Origin: Eledone cirrhosa
Lineage: Eukaryota
DNA length: 64,000 nt
NCBI GenBank assembly: GCA_964016885.1
Contig: OZ024743.1
Span: 242,296,001-242,360,000, forward strand
Direction: 5' to 3'
This document shows, in pieces, positions 1 through 8,541 of the stretch; position 1 is the stretch's first letter, and each line of letters starts with the position of its first letter. The notes under the pieces were generated by a model. The model saw only the letters and a list, made by a program, of their open reading frames with translations. It was not told the origin of the DNA and ran no database searches. Position numbers and translations under genes: made by a program.

Positions 1-16
1 ACATACATACATACAT

Positions 17-607
17 GGAGGCTGCCAACTCGTCTTCGAGTACGGCCACTACTTTATATCCATGTAGGAGAACTCCTACCGAGGCGCTGAACAAGTGTGA
101 CTTTTTAGTCCAGCCAGTGACTTGAAACCTCTGGTACAAACACTACACTTGTGACAATTATTGACACATAGTGCTGGGCCCATGGTACCATGTGACGACA
201 AGTGCAGAGAGATCTCCAGATATAAAGCAATGCCTGTGCCGTGAAGCTTTTATAGTGAGTAAAGGCACTGCACGAAGCCAGTCCCACTCTCTTAACCAAG
301 ATGATATTTACCAAAAAGAAGAACAAGTCAACATCATTGGATACCATCAGGGTTGCAGGTGTTATATCAGAGTATTCCTTCTCCTAGAATTCTGCCTTGA
401 CAAAGGCTAAGGGGTCATCTCTCCCGACGATTTTGGATGGCCATTGACTCTTAAGAGCTCCTTTGCCCTTTGACAGGTTTTGTTTTTAGTCCTACAGGAT
501 GTCCAAAGTCACCCTCCTCACCAAGAAAACTTGGTGGGGTTGCCAGTTTAGTCGCCAACGACCCGACCATGGGACAGGTTGTACTGGAATACAACTGGTG
601 ACCTGAC
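17..607 (-). mobile_element. Non-autonomous, internally deleted RTE-type retroelement, copy 1 (RTE-like 5' region joined to a LINE 3' end)
   Basis: The minus strand ends in CSVCTRGFKSLAGLKSHTCSAPR*, homologous to the last finger of the RTE ORF at 1928-2662. A 3' stem-loop (24-46) and (ATGT)n tail follow. The 5' half has CTAGGAGAAGGAATACTCTGA, resembling RTE 5'-UTR motifs (from recall). Near-identical to 1110-1709. Confidence 0.7.
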
Positions 608-630
608 ATACATACATATTCATACATACA

Positions 631-664
<34 letters not shown>

Positions 665-826
665 CAGTCATACATACATACAGACATACATACATACATA
701 CAGACATACATACATACATACATACATACAGACATACAGTCATACAGACATACATACAGACATACATACAGACATACATACATACATCCATACACACATA
801 CATACATACATACATACATACATACA

Positions 827-860
<34 letters not shown>

Positions 861-1109
861 CAGTCATACAGACATACATGCAGACATACATACATACATA
901 CATACATACATACATACATTCATACAGTCATATATACAGTCATACATACATACATACATACATACATACATACATACAGACATACATACAGTCATATATA
1001 CAGTCATACATACAGACATACATACATACATACATACATACATACATACATACATACATACATACATACATACAGCCACACACAGTCATACAGACATACA
1101 TACAGACAT
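608..1109. repeat. Imperfect (ACAT)n microsatellite with ACAG/AGTC interruptions; the (ATGT)n 3' tail of element copy 2
   Basis: Directly visible ~500-bp tetranucleotide tract. Confidence 0.95.
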
Positions 1110-1709
1110 GGTGGCTGCCAACTCGTTTTCGAGTACGGCCACTACTTTATATCCATGTAGGAGAACTCCTACCGAAGCGCTGAACGAGTGTAACTTTTTA
1201 GTCCAGCCAGCGACTTGAAAACTCTGGTACAAACACTACACTTGTGACAATTATTGACACATAGTGCTGGTATCATGTGACGACAAGTGCAGAGAGATCT
1301 CCAGATATAAAGCAATGCCTGTGCCGTGAAGCTTTTATAGTGAGCAAAGGTACTGCACAAAGCCAGTCCCACTCTCTTAACCAAGATGATATTTACCAAA
1401 AAGAAGAACAAGTCAACATCATTGGATACCATCAGGGTTGCAGGTGTTATATCAGAGTTTTCCTTCTCCTAGAATTCTGCCTTGACAAAGGCTAAGGGGT
1501 CATCTCTCCCGGTGATTTTGGATGGCCATTAACTCTTAAGAGCTCCTTTGCTCTTTGACAGGTTTTGTTTTTAGTCCTGCAGGATGTCCAAAGTCACCCT
1601 CCTCACCAAGAAACCTTGGTGAGGTTGCCAGTTTAGTCGCCAACGACCCGACCATGAGTCAGGTTGTACTGGGATACATGTTACCAGTAGCACCAACTGG
1701 TGACCTGAC
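1110..1709 (-). mobile_element. Non-autonomous, internally deleted RTE-type retroelement, copy 2
   Basis: Direct repeat of 17-607 with the same boundaries, about 20 substitutions and two short indels by eye. Encodes CSVCTRVFKSLAGLKSYTRSALR* at its 3' end, then stem-loop 1117-1139 and an (ATGT)n tail. Confidence 0.7.
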
Positions 1710-1877
1710 ATATGTACATACACACATACATACACATACACACACATATACACACACATACATTAATAACAATAATAATAATAATAATGATAATAATAGC
1801 AATAATAATAATAACGACAACAACAATAATAATATACATATTCACATATTTATACACACACACGCACGCACATAAGC

Positions 1878-1919
<42 letters not shown>
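1710..1919. repeat. Compound microsatellite: (AC/ACAT)n, (AAT)n ~1764-1833, (AC)n ~1884-1919
   Basis: Directly visible. Confidence 0.9.
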
Positions 1920-1921
<2 letters not shown>

Positions 1922-1927
1922 TAGCAA

Positions 1928-2662
1928 CTAACAGTACTGCGATCGAATGTGGCTTTTTAGCCCAGCCAATGATCTAAAATGTCTTGCACAGAGTCGGCAA
2001 CCAAAACATTCACCGGGAATAGTTGGCTGTGGTTGGAGTTCGTGTACTTTTGCATGTCGCTTGAGCCCTCCTGCTGATTTACATTCTCTACCACATGTTT
2101 GGCAAGCATGATGAGTAACATCTCCAACAGCAGCCTGGTAGTCAACCACTGGTCTCACTTTATGACTGCGAAGATGACTTTCGAGTCCAGCTTTGCTTAG
2201 GCAGAGTCTCGCACAGACGCTGCATGTCAGCACCATAGGAGGACCCTCGCCGTCTGGAAGTGCAACAGCAATGCCCTTCCTCACATCCCGCTTTACTTTC
2301 TCGTGTGCGATTCGAGATGCCTCAAAGTCAACTTTTCTCTCATATACAGTCTTTCTCCATTTATTACGATCAGCAGCAACATTTTCCCATGTATCAGCAG
2401 AGATGTTAGCGTCTTTCAGAGAGGCTTTCAAGGAATCCTTATACCTCTTTTTTGGTTTATGTGGCGGTCGTTTTCCTTTAACCAACTCTCCATAGAAGAG
2501 TTGTTTTGGTATTCTAGAATCCTTCATCCTGGCAAGGTGACCACTCCAACGGAGTCGTTGCTTAAACACAAGAGCTTCTATACTGTCACACATAGAGCTT
2601 TCCAAAATCTCGACATCACTGATGTGGTCCCTCCAGTGAACGCCATGGATCCGTCTGAGACA
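1928..2662 (-). mobile_element. 5'-truncated RTE-clade LINE ORF: region C-terminal to RT plus three C2H2-like zinc fingers
   Basis: Stop-free 244-aa frame CLRRIHGVHWRDHISDVEIL...SIEAL...RLRWSGHLARMKDSRIPKQLFYGEL..GKR...KPKKRYKD.LK.SLK...WENVAADRNKWR is the typical RTE/BovB C-terminal region. It is followed by two CxxC-x12-HxxxH fingers and a third CxxC-x12-H-x5-C. The N-terminal 55 aa of the listed ORF are translated microsatellite. Confidence 0.9.
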
Positions 2663-3011
2663 CATACAGACATACATACATACATACACACATACATACA
2701 TACATACATACATACAGTCATACATACAGTCATACAAACACACATACACTGTCATACGCAAAGACACACATACACAGTCATAACTGCAGACACACCAACA
2801 CACATACAGCCGTATACACAGACACATACAAAGTCATACACGTGCACTTATGCAGATTAACACGCACAAGCATGTACACGAATAGAGATAAAGAATATAC
2901 ATTTTAAAACTACCTTAGACAACACATATACATGCATATATATATATATGTGTGTGTGTATGTATGTATGTGTGCGCGTGTGTGTGTGTGTGTGTGTGTA
3001 TGTATATATAT
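2663..3011. repeat. (ACAT)n / (AC)n / (TA)n / (TG)n low-complexity tracts
   Basis: Directly visible, partly degenerate. Confidence 0.85.
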
Positions 3012-3221
3012 TATTCAATTTAGGAGACTTGGTTGATCAGATAATCCACCGACTTTTTTTGTAAACAAAAGTAAAGCACTACGATTTGTATTCCTTAGAA
3101 TGTTATCGATAAGCCATCAACCGAAGTTACCTTCACACTTCTTTACTATATATTTAGATACATGTGTATATATTGTGTATATATATATATATATATATTG
3201 TGTGGGGGAGAGGGGGGGGGG

Positions 3222-3470
3222 TGCGGGCGTATGTGTGTGTGTCACTCTGCAGGCGGGCTAACACGGCAGCACTGCCATGCATGCCACGGCATTCAAACAC
3301 AAGCAGGCGACAAACTTACCTACACACTATGTGGTGTGACATGTATGTTGCTTCCTGGTTTCATGAACCATTTAAGGCGACAGCAACATCAACGTTTTTG
3401 ATAGTGTCTCTTTCTTTTTCTTTCTAAGAAGTGGTCGTATTCGGATACGAGTTGGCTTCCACTATATGTA
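3222..3470 (+). mobile_element. Degenerate RTE LINE 3' end (two decayed C2H2 fingers, stop, 3' stem-loop, TATG/TA tail)
   Basis: The frame reads CGRMC(VC)HSAGGLTRQH..H and LTYTLCGVTCMLLPGFMNHLRRQQH, with stop at 3399-3401; compare CGRECKSAGGLKRHAKVH in 1928-2662. Bases 3431-3460 (GTGGTCGTATTCGGATACGAGTTGGC) match the 3' end of elements 17-607 and 1110-1709. Confidence 0.65.
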
Positions 3471-3496
3471 TATATATTATTGCTTTGTGTCTCTCT

Positions 3497-3500
<4 letters not shown>

Positions 3501-3538
<38 letters not shown>

Positions 3539-3542
3539 CACA

Positions 3543-3577
<35 letters not shown>
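3501..3577. repeat. (AC)n then (TA)n microsatellite; left flank of the Penelope-like element
   Basis: Directly visible. Confidence 0.95.
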
Positions 3578-3578
<1 letters not shown>

Positions 3579-3581
<3 letters not shown>

Positions 3582-4408
3582 AAAAGTATGACCCCGACGG
3601 CAGATCTCAAGCCATTTCGACGGCTATTTCTGGACTAAATTACAATTTTTAACCTGGTAAATAAATAGCCGAACTTGTCAAGGGGTACTTCCTCATATAG
3701 GAAGATTGTAGTTGCTGAGAGGATTGGTTAAAATTTGTTGTAAACACAAATAAGTCTATCATGGCATTTGGTGAGAGGTAGGGGTGGTTGAACTTGACTG
3801 TATAACAATGAGGGAGTGAGTGGAGCCGGTCAAGCGTTTAAAGTGAAATCTATACAGCAGATTCTAAGGATAGTGTATGAAAAGTCAAAAAATTGTTCTG
3901 AAGAAAAAGGAGGGAGGTTATAGAATAGGTAAGTCAAATGAGAGCAGGAGACAATAAAAAATAAAAAATAATACAAAGATATAAAAAAAATTAAAAAAAC
4001 AGTAGAGTCTAGAAACAGCTGCTCTAATTAGTAGGTGTTGCTTGTACGGCCAAAGCTATAGAAAAGGTTAATAAGTTGAGAATGGAAAATACTAAATGAG
4101 AAATTGTAGAAGTGGGTAGTGAAAACATATAATGCAAACTTTTCAGGGGTCTAACACAGCTGCTATAAATAGTTAGTAAAGCGTATTCCGCCAATGCTAT
4201 CTTACAACTACAGGTTAATAAGTTGAGAATAGAAAATACAAAATAAGAAATTTTGAAATTGTAGAATTGGAGTAGTAACAAAAATGATACAAAATTACAG
4301 GGGTCTAACACATCTGCTATAAATGGTTAGTAAAGTGTATTCGGCCAATTCTATCTTAAAATTACAGGGGTGGGGGTATTGAGGCTATAGGGGCCTGATG
4401 GGCTGCAT
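3579..4408 (-). repeat. Left arm of long inverted repeat (inverted pseudo-LTR), ~830 bp
   Basis: GGAAAAAGTATGACCCC (3579) is the reverse complement of GGGGTCATACTTTTTCC (ends 5794). The inner end GGCCTGATGGGCTG (to 4405) matches CAGCCCATCGGGCC (4781). ORFs 4024-4311(-) and 4875-5168(+) mirror each other. Confidence 0.95.
3580..3694 (-). ncRNA. Type I hammerhead ribozyme with U3-A8 variant core, apparently intact
   Basis: Minus strand reads GAGGAAGUA-CCCC / UUGACAA / G..CGGCUAUUU-[~33 nt]-AAAUAGCCG.C / GAAA / UGGC-uugagaucu-GCCG / UC / GGGG-uca-UACUUUUUC. Stems I, II and III all pair. The GUC triplet predicts cleavage between 3596 and 3595. Confidence 0.8.
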
Positions 4409-4433
4409 TTGTAATGTTTCCTCCGAGCATAAG

Positions 4434-4604
4434 TTACACGGACGGCGTCCTCCCGTGTAAGAGTTAGCTCTGGACAGTAAGCTCCAAGCGCTGTTTTCGA
4501 AGGACCAACTCCTAAACAAGAAAGACGAACTGGTAACCGCATGCAAACACAGATTGCGTAGGACTTACCTCGCCCTTAAACCCCATAACGACCCGGGTGG
4601 GTAG
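4434..4604 (+). pseudogene. Decayed C-terminus of a Penelope-like GIY-YIG endonuclease region
   Basis: Frame 4461-4604 reads ELALDSKLQALFSKDQLLNKKDELVTACKHRLRRTYLALKPHNDPGG*. SYTDGVLPCK lies upstream in a shifted frame. This resembles the PLE C-terminal pattern Y..G...C.LC..EKL.I......LLNKRSEL...CRH (from recall). Confidence 0.7.
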
Positions 4605-5066
4605 ACAAGGGCTGATACCCCCCACTTGCCGAATAAGTTAGGGGAAACCCCAGCTTACATAGGTAGATGTACCTCTTTTCTTTTACTCTATGTTTTCTTC
4701 TTCCCTCCGCCTCATCCTATCACTTCCTTCCACCCCCGATCTTCTTCCTCGTCCGTTTTCCCCTTTCGTCTACCCCGATACAGCCCATCGGGCCTCTGTA
4801 GCCTCAGTACCCCCACCCCTGTAATTTTAAGATAGAATTGGCCGCATAGGCTTTACTAACCATTTATAGCAGATGTGTTAGACTCCTGTAATTTTGTATC
4901 ATTTTTGTTACTACTCCAATTCTACAATTTCAAAATTTCTTATTTAGTATTTTCTATTCTCAACTTATTAACCTGTAATTGTAAGATAGCATTGGCGGAA
5001 TACGCTTTACTAACTATTTATAGCAGCTGTGTTAGACCCCTGAAAAGTTTGCGTTATATTTTTTTT

Positions 5067-5209
5067 GGCAGTATCGGTAGAGGGTCGGACGCCATTCTGA
5101 GTTCAAATCCCGCCGAGGTTAACTTTGCCTTTCATCCTTACGGGGTCGATAAAATAAAGTACCAGTAATCTACTGGGTAATTGCTGGCCTTGTGCCAAAG
5201 TAGAAACAA
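5067..5209 (+). mobile_element. tRNA-derived SINE (octopus-type), short copy
   Basis: A-box-like TGGCAGTATCGG, B-box-like GAGTTCAAATCCC, body TTTGCCTTTCATCC..CGGGGTCGATAAA..AAGTACCAGT, end GGCCTTGTGCC..AGTAGAAACAATTAT. TSD TTATATTTTT at 5054-5063 and 5210-5219. Absent from the left arm. Confidence 0.9.
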
Positions 5210-5678
5210 TTATATTTTTACACTACCCACTTCTACAATTTCTTATTTAGTATTTTCCATTCTCAACTTATTAACCTTTTCTATAGCTTTGGCCGTACAA
5301 GCAACACCTACTAATTAGAGCAGCTGTTTCTAGACTCTACTGTTTCTTTTTATTCATTTCTCACTATCTAATTTTATACATTTTTTTTTAAATATTTCTT
5401 TCTATTATTTTTTTTTTATTGTCTCCTACTATCATTTGACTTACCTATTCTATAACCTCCCTCCTTTTTCTCCAGAACAATTTTTCGACTTTTCATACAC
5501 TATACTTAGAATCTGCTGTATAGATTTCACTTTCAACGCTTGACCGGCTCCACTCACTCCCTCATTGTTCTACAGGTAAGTTCAGCCACTCCTACCCCCC
5601 ACCAAATGCCATGATAGACTTATTTGTGTTTACAACAAATTTTGACCAATCCTCTCGACAACTACAATCTTCCCATAT

Positions 5679-5793
5679 AAGGAAGTACTCCTTCACAAGT
5701 TCGGCTATTTATTTACCAGGCTAAAAATTCTAATTTAGTCCAGAAATAGCCGGCTAAACGGCTTGAGCTCTGCCGCCGGGGTCATACTTTTTC
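5679..5793 (+). ncRNA. Hammerhead ribozyme, degenerate and predicted inactive copy
   Basis: Same stems as 3580-3694 (stem III CGGC/GCCG perfect), but the core reads UUCACAA (G5C) and UAAA (G12U), and the cleavage triplet is GCC (U16.1C). Confidence 0.65.
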
Positions 5794-5891
5794 CTATTAC
5801 CCACTCTACTACCCTAAGTATTGAGTACTCTGGTGCGTTATGGTTCATCTGGTTCCTTACCACAATTCCTTCGTTAGATATATATATATAT

Positions 5892-6050
5892 CAGACCTGT
5901 CAACTCTCCCCGTCCGACGTATAGATCTTCCACCCACTTTGGGGTAGGTGAGAGAAGAGATGTCTTATCTTGTGAAAATAGGCATGGCTTTATTTCTCCC
6001 TGTTTGGGGCACTTTTATTCATAGTACTCCTCGTTTGGTTTGGGAGGTCA
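5892..6050. mobile_element. Possible old non-autonomous DNA transposon between (TA)n tracts
   Basis: Ends CAGACCTGTCAAC and TTTGGGAGGTCA form a weak, imperfect TIR (GACCT..CAA). Confidence 0.3.
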
Positions 6051-6479
6051 TATATATATAATACAATAGGAAACCAAGCTTGTTATTCAAATTCCATCTT
6101 TAATTTCTACAACTGTTTCTATGGAGATAAATGTAGCGCCAGTATACAGAATCAATCAATGAATTAGTCTATCAATTAATAATCAATAATGTAAATGGTA
6201 TGCAAGCATAAATTCCCATTTTGTCATGAAAGATAGAATAAATTTTCAAAAAGCGAAGAGAACACTTGAGAAATATTGAGCAAGTAATTAGTGCAACTAT
6301 AAAATAGTGTATTAATATAAGCATTTAAGGTGAAGTTGTATGGTTAGAAAGTATATTCATAGAAAATGGGATGCAGATATTTAGATTGCTGCTTATGCCA
6401 TAGTTTATTGATTGAGAAGGCGCTGACGAAACACTCACAATCAAATAAACACTTAAATACAGAGAAATATTTATACATA

Positions 6480-6558
6480 AAAGGTGTCCCCCCAAAATGT
6501 ATACATATTTCAATAGTATTCTAATAAATGTATGTATACATTATGGGAGGGCACCTTG
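6480..6558. mobile_element. ~79-bp Tc1/mariner-like MITE
   Basis: Left end AAGGTGTCCCCCCAAAATGTATACATA versus reverse complement of right end AAGGTGCCCTCCCATAATGTATACATA (~27 bp). TA at 6478-6479 and 6559-6560. Confidence 0.7.
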
Positions 6559-7118
<560 letters not shown>

Positions 7119-7542
7119 AACTCCTAATATGTTAAATATTAATATAGATATTATCATTATTGTGTAATATTAAATAATAGGTATTTATATGTTTGTGTGG
7201 ACAACAACACGTGTGTGCGCGCCTCTGCGCAGGCGTGCGTGTACGTCTGTTCCCGTGTATGTGTATTTTCATTTTTATGTATGTATTTATGTTTTTACCC
7301 AATCCTGAATTTTGAGGTAGAAAAAAACGCAGACATTTTTCTTTACTTACCAAATACTTTCTATTTATTTATTTATATATTCCTATAATTCTATTTGTTT
7401 TAACCAAGTTTATAAAATTTCTCTATTTGAAAGATTTTAAATACACATGCATTCACACATATATGCGTACACGCACTCACATATACATACACACACACAA
7501 ATTCCTACGATCATAAAAACACGCTCATACACACGCAACTTC

Positions 7543-7846
<304 letters not shown>

Positions 7847-7914
7847 CAGACACAAATACCACGACACACTCAACAAATCCATTCAAACTACACATACATA
7901 AACACTTATATAAT

Positions 7915-8087
7915 TGTTTCTACTGTTTGGCACAAGGCCAGCAATAATCCAGTACATTACTGGTACTATATTTTGTCGACCCCGTATTTGACCCCGGGAT
8001 TTGAACTCAGATTATAGGGGGAGGTAACTCTATGCTTCAAAGCATGGCGTCCGACCCTCTACCGATACTGCAAATCCACCGCCCTCT
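7915..8087 (-). mobile_element. tRNA-derived SINE with a 16-bp TSD
   Basis: Minus strand starts GGCGGTGGATTTGCAGTATCGGTAGAGGGTCGGACGCC, has B-box GAGTTCAAATCCC and ends GGCCTTGTGCCAAACAGTAGAAACA. TAAACACTTATATAAT is duplicated at 7899-7914 and 8088-8103. Confidence 0.9.
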
Positions 8088-8140
8088 TAAACACTTATAT
8101 AATGTATTCCCACAATGCACTCCCACAACACATTCATAAT

Positions 8141-8327
8141 TGTATCTACTTTTGGCACAAGGAGAGCAATTACCCCAATGCATTACTGGTACTATATTTT
8201 ATCGACCCCGTAGGGATGAAAGGCAAAGTTAACCTCAGTGAGCTTTGAACTCAGAATGTAAAGGGCCATAACCCTGTGCTTCAAAGCATTGTTCCTGGCG
8301 CTCTACCGATACAGCCAATCCACCGCC
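8141..8327 (-). mobile_element. tRNA-derived SINE, near full length
   Basis: GGCGGTGGATTGGCTGTATCGGTAGAGCGCCAGG, B-box GAGTTCAAAGC, body TTTGCCTTTCATCCCTACGGGGTCGATAAAATATAGTACCAGT. TTCATAAT is duplicated at 8133-8140 and 8328-8335. Confidence 0.9.
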
Positions 8328-8541
8328 TTCATAATACATACACAACATACTTGTACTCAAAACAACGCGCATACATCGCATAAAGTATATATAGACAACA
8401 CACGCAAGAATATGAAACATGCATACCGTACGTAGCACATACATAACACACACACACATACACACACACATATATATATACACCACTCGTCCTCCATACA
8501 CATACACACAAGTGTACAATACATACCAACACCTCACACAC

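Larger units (their letters stand above)
4778..5794 (+). repeat. Right arm of long inverted repeat (3' UTR / pseudo-LTR), interrupted by a SINE
   Basis: Reverse complement of 3579-4408 apart from the SINE at 5067-5209 and a longer T-rich stretch near 5345-5420. Confidence 0.95.
3579..5875 (+). mobile_element. 5'-truncated Penelope-like retroelement (possibly Naiad-type) with an inverted upstream pseudo-LTR, inserted in (TA)n
   Basis: Arms 3579-4408 and 4778-5794 are inverted copies. The spacer encodes a PLE endonuclease C-terminal motif. Each arm ends in a hammerhead fold. An ~80-bp 3' extension (5795-5875) is unique to the right copy, and (TA)n flanks both sides. Confidence 0.8.

Noticed and set aside
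451-1183. ORFs of MYVC/HTYI repeats, and similar YI repeats at 6497-8017
   Set aside because: Translations of (ACAT)n and (TA)n microsatellites.
1928-2827. Host C2H2 zinc-finger gene (299-aa ORF)
   Set aside because: The start codon and first 55 aa are translated microsatellite, the rest is an RTE LINE C-terminus, and TGEKP linkers are absent.
3027-3128. Short inverted match ACTTGGTTGAT / ATCAACCGAAGT as a MITE
   Set aside because: Only ~11 bp with an indel and no clear TSD.
4024-5168. Mirror-image ORFs MLDPCNFVSF (-) and MLDSCNFVSF (+) as paralogous small genes
   Set aside because: They result from the inverted repeat in AT-rich UTR sequence, and one reads into a SINE.
3579-5794. Foldback, Mutator or Polinton-type DNA transposon with long TIRs
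   Set aside because: No TSD or transposase; the ends are asymmetric; the PLE-like peptide and hammerheads explain the structure better.
6405-6440. TGAGAAGGCGCTGACGAAAC as another hammerhead
   Set aside because: No correctly spaced core and no supporting stems I or III.
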